Below are positions 19,619 through 28,470 of a stretch of 64,000 nucleotides of DNA, one piece after another. Made by a program: the position numbers and the translations under genes. The stretch comes from Candidatus Eiseniibacteriota bacterium. GTDB taxonomy: Bacteria; Eisenbacteria; RBG-16-71-46. Location of the stretch: positions 192,001-256,000 of the forward strand of contig JBGAML010000005.1 in NCBI GenBank assembly GCA_044223005.1, written 5' to 3'. The notes beneath the pieces are model-generated. The model was not told the DNA's origin, ran no database searches, and saw nothing but the letters and a program-made list of their open reading frames with translations. Positions within the stretch are counted from its first letter, which is position 1, and each line of letters begins with the position of its first letter.

Positions 19619-20536
19619 ATGCCCACTCGCTCTCCGCAGGCCGTCCTCGCCGCCGGCAGTCGCGAACTCTCCAGCCGGCTCGAGTCGTTCGAGCGTGCGC
19701 TCGCGCGCGCGCTGCGCCAGCGCGCCGGCGGGCCCGGCCGCCTCGGCCAGGCGCTGCGCTACGCGGCGCTCTCGCCCGGCAAGCGGCTGCGCCCGCTGCT
19801 CGTGCTGACGACCTGCGAGGGCGTGGGCGGCGATTGGCGCCGCGCGCTGCCCGCCGCGGTCGCGGTCGAGTGCGTGCACGCGTTCTCGCTCGTGCACGAC
19901 GACCTGCCGGCGATGGACGACGACGACTACCGTCGCGGCCGGCTCACGACGCACAAGAAGTTCGGCGAGGCCCTGGGCGTGCTGGCGGGCGACGCGCTGC
20001 TCGCGTTCGCGTTCGAGGAGCTGACTCGCCTCGCGGGCGAGGGCGTGCCCGACGGGCGCGTGGTCGAAGCCGTGCGCCGCCTGGCCCGTGCCGCGGGCGC
20101 GGAGCAATTGGTCGGTGGCCAGGCGCTCGACGTCGCCGCCGAGGGCCGCAAGCCGACGTCGGCGGGCGTGCGCAACATCCACGTCCGCAAGACGGGTGCG
20201 CTGATGGGCGCGTCGCTCGCGCTGGGCGCGCTGGCGGGCGACGCCGACACGCGCACGGCGGACCGGCTCGAGGAAGCGGGAGCGATGCTGGGCTTCGCGT
20301 TCCAGATCCACGACGACCTGCTCAACGCAGGCTCCTCGCTCAAGGCGCTCGGCAAGCGTGCCGGCACCGATGTCGCGCGCGGCAAGGCCACGTACCCGGC
20401 GGCGGTGGGCGAGAAGCGCGCTCGCGCCGAGGCCGCGCGGCTGATGCACGCCGTCGAGACCGCGATCGCGCGCTGCTGCGACCGGCCGCGCCTGCTGCTC
20501 CAGCTGATCGAAGCGACCGCGCGCCGCGAGCGCTGA
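19619..20536 (+). CDS. ispA: Polyprenyl (farnesyl) diphosphate synthase
   Basis: GKRLRP, SLVHDDLPAMDDDDYRRG, GQALD, KTGAL, FQIHDDLL. Confidence 0.92.
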   Translation: MPTRSPQAVLAAGSRELSSRLESFERALARALRQRAGGPGRLGQALRYAALSPGKRLRPLLVLTTCEGVGGDWRRALPAAVAVECVHAFSLVHDDLPAMDDDDYRRGRLTTHKKFGEALGVLAGDALLAFAFEELTRLAGEGVPDGRVVEAVRRLARAAGAEQLVGGQALDVAAEGRKPTSAGVRNIHVRKTGALMGASLALGALAGDADTRTADRLEEAGAMLGFAFQIHDDLLNAGSSLKALGKRAGTDVARGKATYPAAVGEKRARAEAARLMHAVETAIARCCDRPRLLLQLIEATARRER

Positions 20537-20730
20537 AGGCGCCGAGAGCGCGCTGCATCCTGCACGGCGCCGGGGCTTCCCGCGCGCCATGCTGCACGCC
20601 GCACGCCGGCGCGTGACCGCACGCCGACGGCCGCATCGCGTGGCGGGCCCTCGGCGCCTCGCGTGCAGGCGTCCCCGCGACGGGGTTTTGCGCCGGTGCG
20701 CCCCGCCCGTGACGCGGCCCCGCCCGAGCA

Positions 20731-20746
20731 CGGCACGCCCCTTGAT
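20731..20746 (+). promoter_or_regulatory. Possible sigma54 promoter
   Basis: CGGCAC-N5-TTGAT vs consensus TGGCAC-N5-TTGC, ~35 nt upstream of the ATG. Confidence 0.4.
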
Positions 20747-20781
20747 CCTGCCCGGTGTCCGCAAATCCGAGGGGGGATCCG

Positions 20782-22095
20782 ATGAGACGATGGTTCGCGC
20801 TGGGCGCGCTGCTGCTCGCCCTGCCGGCGGTGACGCACGCGCAGACGTTCGACGCGCGCCGCATGGGCATGGGCGGGGTCATCCTGGGCGGCCGCCAGGG
20901 CGGTGAGGGTGCGAACGTCGCCTACCGCGCGCTGCCGCGGCCCGCGTCGAGCCGGCACTCGCTGTCGCTGCCGATCGGCCTGGTGCCGCTGCTGCAGGAT
21001 CCGCCGTCGTTCGATCCCGACGACCCGGACTTCAACGCCTACCGGCTCGCGAACCTGGTCGAGAACCCGCCGTGGAACCTGCCGCTCGTCGAACCGGCGA
21101 CGCCATCGTGCGACGTCGCGCTGGACGTCTCGCGCAACGCGCTCTCGGTGGATCTCGGCGACCTCGGCCGCGTGTTCCCGGACGGCACCGTGCACGCGTT
21201 CGCGATCACGAACGGGCCGTCGCTCGGCTTCTCGGTGCGCCGCGCGTTCGTGGCGCTGGCGCCGCTCGTCGAGGTCGAGAACGAACTCGAGGTGAACGAA
21301 GCCCTGCGCGGCGTGCTGCGCGAGGGCGCCGCCCTGGGGCCGAACCAGCGTTACGCCGCGAACGACCGTGGCGTCGCGCAGGCGGCGGCCGCCCTGCACG
21401 TGGGCCTCGCGCTGCCGCTCGCGCGCACGGGCGATCCGGCGCGGCCGACGAGCGCGCTCTACGCGGGCGTGCGGGCCAAGATCCTGCGCGGGCTCGCATA
21501 CGGCCGCGCCGACGACGTCGCGGCCTACGAGACGGGCGACACGTTGTTCGGCTCGAGCGCGCTCGACCTGCGCTACGCCGGGCACCACTGGGTCGCGGGC
21601 CCCGACGGCGGTGGCATGGGCTTCGGCGCCGACGCGGGCGCGGTGTGGACCGTGGGCCGGCTCGAGGTGGGCGTGGGCGTCGACGACGTCGGCACGCGGC
21701 TCGCGTGGACCGTGAAGGAGACGCGCGCGCGCCGCGATTCCGTGACCGGCGACTTCGTCGACGAAACGGTCGCCGAGGACCTCTCCCTGACCAGCACCGT
21801 GCCGGTGACCGAGGTCGCCAACGTCGCGTACCACGGCTCGCGGTGGATGGTCGCGGCCGACGTGCGCCGCGGCCTCTACGCGACGACGGCGCACGCGGGC
21901 CTCGAGCGCTGGGTCGGGCCGTTCGCCCTGCGCGGCGGCGCGAGTCTCGACGCCAACCGGCGCACGCAGCTCTCGGGCGGCCTGGGCATCCGGCTCGGCC
22001 CGATCGGGATCGACACGGCTATCGCGACGCACAACCGCAACCTCGTGAACGAGCGGGCCGTCGAGCTCGGACTCGGGATCGGGCTCCTCCATTGA
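20782..22095 (+). CDS. Outer membrane beta-barrel protein (FadL/TraF-like)
   Basis: Signal peptide ..THA, DARRMGMGG N-terminal motif, beta strands ending LGLGIGLLH. Confidence 0.6.
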   Translation: MRRWFALGALLLALPAVTHAQTFDARRMGMGGVILGGRQGGEGANVAYRALPRPASSRHSLSLPIGLVPLLQDPPSFDPDDPDFNAYRLANLVENPPWNLPLVEPATPSCDVALDVSRNALSVDLGDLGRVFPDGTVHAFAITNGPSLGFSVRRAFVALAPLVEVENELEVNEALRGVLREGAALGPNQRYAANDRGVAQAAAALHVGLALPLARTGDPARPTSALYAGVRAKILRGLAYGRADDVAAYETGDTLFGSSALDLRYAGHHWVAGPDGGGMGFGADAGAVWTVGRLEVGVGVDDVGTRLAWTVKETRARRDSVTGDFVDETVAEDLSLTSTVPVTEVANVAYHGSRWMVAADVRRGLYATTAHAGLERWVGPFALRGGASLDANRRTQLSGGLGIRLGPIGIDTAIATHNRNLVNERAVELGLGIGLLH

Positions 22096-22106
22096 AAGGG
22101 ATCGCC

Positions 22107-22676
22107 GTGCGCACCCGACCGTTCCTCGCCCTTGCCGCGCTCGCGGCCCTCGTCCTCGCCGGCTGCGGCGATCGCCGGCTGCTCGTCGGCGTCGACGCGC
22201 TGAGCTTCACCTCCGCCGAGCAGCGCGCGATCGCGTTCGGCCCCGTGCCCGCGCTCCCCGTGCCCGTGACGACGGGGGAGCTCTGCGTGCTCGACGACCT
22301 CGACGTCAGCCTCTTCGGCGGCGCGAGCGACGTGGTCGACGTGCAGGCGGTCACGATCGCGGTCTCGGCCGACGTCACCGATTCGACCGGCAGCGGGCTC
22401 GACACGCTGCGGCTCTACCTGTCCGACGCCCAGACGTCGCCGCAGTCGACGACGCCGGTGCTGGAGATCCCGGTCACGCTCACGCCGGGGGACACGATCC
22501 CGATCCGCGCGGTCGTGAACGGCGACGCGCGCGTCCAGTCGCTCTTCGCGCAGGACAAGATCCGGCTCTCGCTCACGACGGCCCTGCGCGGCCCGGCCAC
22601 CGGCCAGGCGCTCAACGGCCGGGTCGTGCTGACCCAGCTCCGGGCGGACGTGGTCGCCCGGCATCACACGCTGTAG
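22107..22676 (+). CDS. Hypothetical lipoprotein
   Basis: GTG start, lipobox LAGC. Confidence 0.65.
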   Translation: MRTRPFLALAALAALVLAGCGDRRLLVGVDALSFTSAEQRAIAFGPVPALPVPVTTGELCVLDDLDVSLFGGASDVVDVQAVTIAVSADVTDSTGSGLDTLRLYLSDAQTSPQSTTPVLEIPVTLTPGDTIPIRAVVNGDARVQSLFAQDKIRLSLTTALRGPATGQALNGRVVLTQLRADVVARHHTL

Positions 22677-22760
22677 GGCGCTCCGGCGCCCTCCCTGCGG
22701 CGAGTCCCCCCGCCGCGGGTTCCACGGCGGGCGGTCCTCCCCGGGCCGTCCGCCGGTCCG

Positions 22761-22789
22761 TTGACAAGCCGCGGACCTGCCGCCAACAT
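22761..22789 (+). promoter_or_regulatory. Putative sigma70 promoter for the PAP2-dxs-nadK unit
   Basis: TTGACA-17bp-CAACAT. Confidence 0.45.
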
Positions 22790-22825
22790 CGCGCGGCTTC
22801 GCGTCGCAGGGCGTCCCCCCGGGAC

Positions 22826-23290
22826 GTGCTCGTCCGAAACGCGTGCAAGGAGGCGGCTACGTCCCCGTTCTGGATCGCGCTGTTCGTCGGGTTCATCGTG
22901 CAGGGCTACAAAGGGTTCACGGCGTTCGTCACGACCGGCCGCTGGAACCTGCGCCGCTTCGTCGAGACGGGCGGCATGCCGAGTTCGCACTCGGCCTCGG
23001 TCGCGGCGCTCAGCACCGCGGTCGGCCTGCAGGAGGGATTCAACTCCGCGCTCTTCGCCGTGACGCTCTACTTCAGCCTGATCGTCATGTACGATGCTGC
23101 CGGGTTGCGGCGGGCCGCGGGCCGCCAGGCCGCCGTGCTGAACCGGCTGATCGATCGGCATTTCCAGCATCCGGAGGGCGACACCCAGCGCCTGATGGAG
23201 CTGCTCGGTCACACCCCGCTCGAAGTGCTCGTGGGCGGGCTTCTCGGCGTCCTCAGCGCGCTGGCCTGGAACCGGATCCATCCTCTATGA
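22826..23290 (+). CDS. Divergent PAP2 family protein (DUF212)
   Basis: TGGMPSSHSA, VMYDAAGLRRAAG, LGHTPLEV. Confidence 0.92.
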   Translation: MLVRNACKEAATSPFWIALFVGFIVQGYKGFTAFVTTGRWNLRRFVETGGMPSSHSASVAALSTAVGLQEGFNSALFAVTLYFSLIVMYDAAGLRRAAGRQAAVLNRLIDRHFQHPEGDTQRLMELLGHTPLEVLVGGLLGVLSALAWNRIHPL

Positions 23291-25179
23291 GCCTGCTCGA
23301 ACGCATCCATTCGCCCGCCGACCTGAAAGCCCTCTCGCGACCGGAGATCGACGCCCTCGCCGCCGAGATGCGGCACGTCATCGTCCAGACCGTCGCGCGC
23401 AACGCGGGCCACCTGGCGCCCAACCTCGGCGTCGTGGAGCTGACGCTGGCGCTCCACAAGGTGTTCGACTCGCCGGTCGACAAGATCATCTGGGACGTCG
23501 GCCACCAGTCGTATCCGCACAAGCTGCTCACGGGCCGCGTCGACCAGTTCCACACGCTTCGCCAGCTGCACGGCATCGCGGGCTACCCGCGCCGGTGCGA
23601 GAGCGAGCACGACATCTTCGGCACGAGCCACGGCAGCACGTCGATCTCGGCGGCGCTGGGCTTCGCCGCGGCGCGCGACCTGCGCGGCGAGAAGCACCAC
23701 GTGATCGCCGTGATCGGCGACGGTGCGCTCACGGGCGGCATGGCCTACGAGGGCCTCAACAACGCGGGCGAGCTCGGCAAGCCGTTCATCGTGATCCTCA
23801 ACGACAACGAGATGAGCATCTCGCCCAACATCGGCTCGATGCACCGCTACCTCACCAAGCTCACGACCAGCCGCATCTACCGCCGCTTCGAGCACGACGT
23901 GTGGGAGCTGCTCGGCAAGCTGCCCAAGGGCGTGAAGGCGCAGGAGGGGGCGAGCCGGCTGAAGGAAGGCCTGCAGAACCTGATCCTGCCGGGCATCTTG
24001 TTCGAGGAGCTGGGCCTGAAGTACTTCGGGCCGATCGACGGGCACGACTACGACGTGCTGGTCGAGACGCTGCAGGACCTCAAGCGTTTCGAGGAACCGG
24101 TGCTGCTGCACGTGGTGACGCGCAAGGGCAAGGGCTACCTGCCGGCCGAGGGCAACGCGACCGCGTTCCACGGAGTCGGCGTGTTCGATCCCGAGTCGGG
24201 CGTCGCGGGCAAGGGCGCGCGGAAGACCTACTCGCACGTGTTCGGCGAGACGGCCGTGCTGATCGGCGAGCGCCTGCCGCACGCCGTCGCGGTGACCGCG
24301 GCGATGACGGACAACACGGGCCTGACGGCGTTCGCGAAGCAGTTCCCCGAGCGCTTCTTCGACGTCGGCATGGCCGAGGAGCACGCGGTCACGTTCTCGG
24401 CCGGGCTCGCGGCCGAGGGCCTGCTGCCACTCACGGCGATCTACTCGACGTTCCTCCAGCGCGGCTTCGACCAGCTGATCCACGACGCGGCGCTGCAGGA
24501 CCTGCGCATGGTGCTCTGCCTCGATCGCGCGGGACTCGTGGGCGACGACGGCGCGCCGCAGCACGGCTGCTTCGACATCGGCTACCTGCGCATGATCCCG
24601 GGCGTGGTGGTGATGCAGCCGCGCAACGGCGCCGAGCTGCGCGACATGCTCTGGACGGCCGCGCACTGGAAGGGCACGCGCCCGATCGCGGTGCGCTACC
24701 CGCGTTCGGCCGTTCCGGACGAGGCATTGCCGACGGGAGAGCCGCGCCTGCTCGAGATCGGCGTGTCGGAGCAGCTGCGGGCCGGCGGCGACGTGGCGAT
24801 CTTCGCGCTCGGCACCATGGTGGACCCGGCGCTGGCGGCGGCCGAGATGCTCGCGGCCGATGGCTTCTCGGCGACCGTCGTCAACGCGCGCTTCGCCGCG
24901 CCAGTCGACGAGCGCGCGCTGGCGGGACTGGCGCGCAGCATCGGCCGCATCATCACGATCGAGGAGAACGTGCCCATGGGCGGCTTCGGCAGCGCGGTCA
25001 GCGAATCGCTCGACCGGCTGGGGCTCGGCCACGTGCCGGTGCACCGGATCGCCCTGCCGACGGAGTTCGTCGCGCACGGCAAGCGCGACGAGCTGCTCGC
25101 CGAGGTGGGGCTCGACGCCAAGGGCATCGCTGCGAACGCGCTCGCCTGGCTGCGCGAACACCAGCGGCAGTTCTCGTGA
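23287..25179 (+). CDS. dxs: 1-deoxy-D-xylulose-5-phosphate synthase
   Basis: GHLAPNLGVVELT, WDVGHQ, GDGALTGG, NDNEMSI, AIYSTFLQR, DRAGLVG. Confidence 0.98.
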   Translation: MSLLERIHSPADLKALSRPEIDALAAEMRHVIVQTVARNAGHLAPNLGVVELTLALHKVFDSPVDKIIWDVGHQSYPHKLLTGRVDQFHTLRQLHGIAGYPRRCESEHDIFGTSHGSTSISAALGFAAARDLRGEKHHVIAVIGDGALTGGMAYEGLNNAGELGKPFIVILNDNEMSISPNIGSMHRYLTKLTTSRIYRRFEHDVWELLGKLPKGVKAQEGASRLKEGLQNLILPGILFEELGLKYFGPIDGHDYDVLVETLQDLKRFEEPVLLHVVTRKGKGYLPAEGNATAFHGVGVFDPESGVAGKGARKTYSHVFGETAVLIGERLPHAVAVTAAMTDNTGLTAFAKQFPERFFDVGMAEEHAVTFSAGLAAEGLLPLTAIYSTFLQRGFDQLIHDAALQDLRMVLCLDRAGLVGDDGAPQHGCFDIGYLRMIPGVVVMQPRNGAELRDMLWTAAHWKGTRPIAVRYPRSAVPDEALPTGEPRLLEIGVSEQLRAGGDVAIFALGTMVDPALAAAEMLAADGFSATVVNARFAAPVDERALAGLARSIGRIITIEENVPMGGFGSAVSESLDRLGLGHVPVHRIALPTEFVAHGKRDELLAEVGLDAKGIAANALAWLREHQRQFS

Positions 25180-26057
25180 GTCCGCGTCCGCGCCGCGTCG
25201 CGATCCTCGGCCACACGGGCCGCGAAGCCGTGCTGCGCACCGCGCGCCGGCTGCGCACTTCGCTCGCGAGGCGCGGCTGCGAGGTACGCGTCGAGCACGC
25301 GCTCGGGGACGCGATCCGCGTCGCCGGCGAACCGGCCGATGCGCTCGGACGCTGGTGCCAGTTGATGATCTCGCTGGGCGGCGACGGCACCGTGCTCACG
25401 GCGGGGCGCGCGCTCGCCGGGCACCGCGGCGTACTGCTACCGGTCAACCTCGGCGGCCTCGGCTTCCTCACGAGCGCCGAAGAGAGCGAGCTCGACCGCG
25501 CACTCGACGCCGTGTTCCACAATCGCTGGCCGATCGCGCGCCGCTTCGGCGTCGAGGCGCGCGTCGCGCACGGGCCCCGCGGCCGCCTGCGCGCCGCCGG
25601 GTTCGCGATGAACGACGCGGTGCTGCGCAGCGCGATCAGCTTCGGCGCGATCCACCTGCGCGTGACCGCGCTCGGCCACGACCTCGGCCACCTCGTCGCC
25701 GACGGCCTGATCACCGCGAGCGCCTCGGGCTCGACGGCGTACTCGCTCTCGGCCGGTGGTCCGCTGGTGGCGCCCGACGTGGAAGCACTGGTGGTCACGC
25801 CCGCCGCGCCGCACACGATCGGCAGCCGCTCGCTCGTGCTCTCGCCGGACGCGCGCGTGAAGGTGCAGGTGCTGGGCCCCGGCCCGGCGCTGCTGGTGAT
25901 GGACGGCCAGGCGCCGCTGCAACTCGAGCGCGGCGACGTGATCGAGTTGCGCCGCTCCGAGCGCGCCGTCAGGATCGCCGAGAATCCCGCCCGCCCGTTC
26001 CTGCGCGCGCTGCAGGCCAAGCTGGGCTGGCAGGGGAGCCGCAAGCGCAGCTTGTAG
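25176..26057 (+). CDS. nadK: NAD kinase
   Basis: LGGDGT, NLGGLGFL, ADGLI, GSTAYSLSAGGP. Confidence 0.93.
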   Translation: MSPRPRRVAILGHTGREAVLRTARRLRTSLARRGCEVRVEHALGDAIRVAGEPADALGRWCQLMISLGGDGTVLTAGRALAGHRGVLLPVNLGGLGFLTSAEESELDRALDAVFHNRWPIARRFGVEARVAHGPRGRLRAAGFAMNDAVLRSAISFGAIHLRVTALGHDLGHLVADGLITASASGSTAYSLSAGGPLVAPDVEALVVTPAAPHTIGSRSLVLSPDARVKVQVLGPGPALLVMDGQAPLQLERGDVIELRRSERAVRIAENPARPFLRALQAKLGWQGSRKRSL

Positions 26058-26091
26058 AGGTCCCGAGTCCCCCGGGAAAGTGCAGGACGAG

Positions 26092-26466
26092 ATGTTCCGC
26101 GATTGGATCGTCGGATGTGGCGGGGATTCCCGCGGGTTCCGCGTCCTCTTCATCGCGTTCATGATCGGGACGATCTGGCTGCCTTACGTGCAGGCCGATC
26201 TCACGCGCGGCATGCTGATGGGACTCGCGCTCGCCATGGTCCTGCTCGCCTTCGTCATGCGGGCGCTGCTCATCGTGCTCGTCGGCGCCATGGAGATCGC
26301 CTACGCGTCGTGGCTGCACGACAGCGTTCACCCGTTCCCACTCGGGGTCGCGGGCGCGTGCTTCTTCTCGCTGGTCTGGATCGTCATGTACTTCTACTTC
26401 GATCCGGCCACCTGGAAATCGCTGCGCGAGCGGGTTGGTCTGGGCGGGGGTTTACATGTCCAGTGA
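26092..26466 (+). CDS. Small membrane protein (paralog 1 of 3)
   Basis: Several hydrophobic helices; overlaps the next ORF. Confidence 0.55.
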   Translation: MFRDWIVGCGGDSRGFRVLFIAFMIGTIWLPYVQADLTRGMLMGLALAMVLLAFVMRALLIVLVGAMEIAYASWLHDSVHPFPLGVAGACFFSLVWIVMYFYFDPATWKSLRERVGLGGGLHVQ

Positions 26467-26896
26467 CTCCAGGCGTGAGCAGACGCGCACCGATGCTGTG
26501 AGCGCGGCCGGGGACGCACACCGGAGGTGGACCTGGTATCGCCCACACCCGGATCATGTGCTCCAATCGCTCTTCGCCGTGTACTGGACGGTCTGGTGGT
26601 GGTGCGGCCTGCTCCCCGAACCGTACGCACGAGGCGCGATGCTGGCCGTCGCCATCGCGTTCCTGGTGGACGGGCTGGTTCGGCGCCTGCGCTTGCAGAT
26701 CCTCATTGCCGTCGCTTTCGCCGCCTATGCTCGCTGGGGCCTGATTCTCCTGGCGCGACTCGGTCAGAATCTCGGCGACCCGCGCGTTCCTCACGTACTG
26801 GCGATTGCCATCCCGGCCTACCTGCTCGTCATGGCCCAGTACCTCCCGTGGGCCTCGTGGTGGAACCGATGGAAGCTCCGGGGAGGACGTGCATGA
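26456..26896 (+). CDS. Small Trp-rich membrane protein (paralog 2 of 3)
   Basis: WTVWWWCGLL, LPWASWW; ATGA overlap with the next ORF. Confidence 0.6.
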   Translation: MSSDSRREQTRTDAVSAAGDAHRRWTWYRPHPDHVLQSLFAVYWTVWWWCGLLPEPYARGAMLAVAIAFLVDGLVRRLRLQILIAVAFAAYARWGLILLARLGQNLGDPRVPHVLAIAIPAYLLVMAQYLPWASWWNRWKLRGGRA

Positions 26897-27249
26897 GCTC
26901 GAACTGGTCTTGGTGGCGGAGCGAGGGCAATACGTCCAACGCGTGGCTCCTTGCTCTGCTCTGGACGATCTGGTGGTGGCGCGGAATGCTGACCCACCCG
27001 ACGCTCCAGACACTCTTCGTCTTCGTCCTCGCGGTCCGGATCACCCTCCGCGGGATCGACACGCGGCAGGCCGCGCTGGTGATCGTCGGTACGATCTTCA
27101 TGGGCGTCGGCTGGTTGCCGCCGCTGCGCGTACCCGATAGCTTCGACCGGGAGGCGGCGAGGATGACCGCGATCTGGGTCGGCGTGATGCTCGCACTGCT
27201 GCCGTGGGGGAAGTGGTTGCGCGGCCTGCGCGCGCGCGGCGCGGCCTAG
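26893..27249 (+). CDS. Small Trp-rich membrane protein (paralog 3 of 3)
   Basis: GGAGG RBS; WTIWWWRGML, LPWGKW. Confidence 0.6.
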   Translation: MSSNWSWWRSEGNTSNAWLLALLWTIWWWRGMLTHPTLQTLFVFVLAVRITLRGIDTRQAALVIVGTIFMGVGWLPPLRVPDSFDREAARMTAIWVGVMLALLPWGKWLRGLRARGAA

Positions 27250-27351
27250 CCCCGTCAGCGAGCGGACCGGAAACAGGAGCTCGACGCCATCAGCGAACTC
27301 GACCCCGCGACACCCATCGCCTCCGGCCTCGAGCCGATCCACGGCCCGATC

Positions 27352-28392
27352 GTGCGGCCGTTCGAACCCTGGGAAGCCGTGTGCTGGAGCCTCGTCGTGC
27401 CGGGGCTCGGGCACGTGCTGCAGGGCGAGCGCGCGCGGGGCGTCACGGCGCTGGCGATCGTCGCCGGGCTCGCGCTCATGGTGGCGGTGATGTTCTTGAC
27501 GCCCGGCCTGCCGGTGCTGCCGGGCTGGATCGCCCTCGGTCTCGCGGTCGTCTCGGAACTGGTCGTGGCGTGGGACGCGTTCCGGTGCGCGGCGCGCCGC
27601 GAGTCGGCTTCGGCGCGGATCGAGAGGCGGACGAACCGGGATCCGTGGAAGGCGCTCCTGCTCTCGAACCTGCTGGCCGGGGTGGGGCAGTGCTACACGC
27701 GCCACTGGCTGCTCGGGCTGTTCCTGCTGGTGCTGGCCGGCCTCTCGCAGATCCGGGACACGACGCCGTTCAAGATCGCCGCCTCGCTCGTCGGCATCGT
27801 CGCCTGTCTCGATGTCGCGCTGAGGTTCCGCGGCGCTCGCACTCTCGATCGCCGCCGGGCGCTGGTGTACGTGGTCGCGCTCGTCGCCGCCGGCGTGCTC
27901 CCGGCGCTCGCCACCTTCGCCGTCCGGGCGACCTTCGTGCAGGCCTACCGCCAGCCGGGCCCGGGCATGTCGCCGACGCTGCGGGAGGGCGAGAGGTTCT
28001 TCGTCGACCGCACCTCGCGTGGACACGCCGCGGTCGGCGACGTCGTCGTCTTCCGCGTGCCGGGGCAGCGGGGATCGGAGTTCGCCAAGCGCGTGTTCGC
28101 GCGTGCGGGCGACGTCGTCGAGTTCCGTGCGGACGGCGCCTGGCGGAACGGGCACCGGGAGGTCGCACCGCCCGTGGTGCAGCCGGCCTCGCTGCAGGCC
28201 GTGGCGAGCGAGGGCGCGCCGCTCACCGTTCCGGCCGGAATGGTGTTCGTGACGGGCGACAACTGGCTCAACAGCCTCGACAGCCGCACGTTCGGTCCGA
28301 TTCCCGAGCGCGAGATCCGCGGGCGCGCCTACAAGGTGTATTCGCCTCCGGGCCGCGAGCACGCGCTCGACCGGCCGTTCCCTGCGCGCTGA
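27352..28392 (+). CDS. lepB: Signal peptidase I-like protein with extended N-terminal membrane domain
   Basis: GPGMSPTL, GDVVVF, FAKRV, FVTGDNWLNSLDSRTFGPIP; start uncertain. Confidence 0.75.
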   Translation: MRPFEPWEAVCWSLVVPGLGHVLQGERARGVTALAIVAGLALMVAVMFLTPGLPVLPGWIALGLAVVSELVVAWDAFRCAARRESASARIERRTNRDPWKALLLSNLLAGVGQCYTRHWLLGLFLLVLAGLSQIRDTTPFKIAASLVGIVACLDVALRFRGARTLDRRRALVYVVALVAAGVLPALATFAVRATFVQAYRQPGPGMSPTLREGERFFVDRTSRGHAAVGDVVVFRVPGQRGSEFAKRVFARAGDVVEFRADGAWRNGHREVAPPVVQPASLQAVASEGAPLTVPAGMVFVTGDNWLNSLDSRTFGPIPEREIRGRAYKVYSPPGREHALDRPFPAR

Positions 28393-28470
28393 GGCCCCTC
28401 TGGCACACCGCCGACGCAGCGGCTATCGTGCCGCCACCTTGTCCGCGTCCCCGGGGGGAGATCCGCCGCC

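Noticed and set aside
28401..28416. TGGCAC upstream of recN as a sigma54 promoter
   Set aside because: No TTGC-like -12 element at the right spacing
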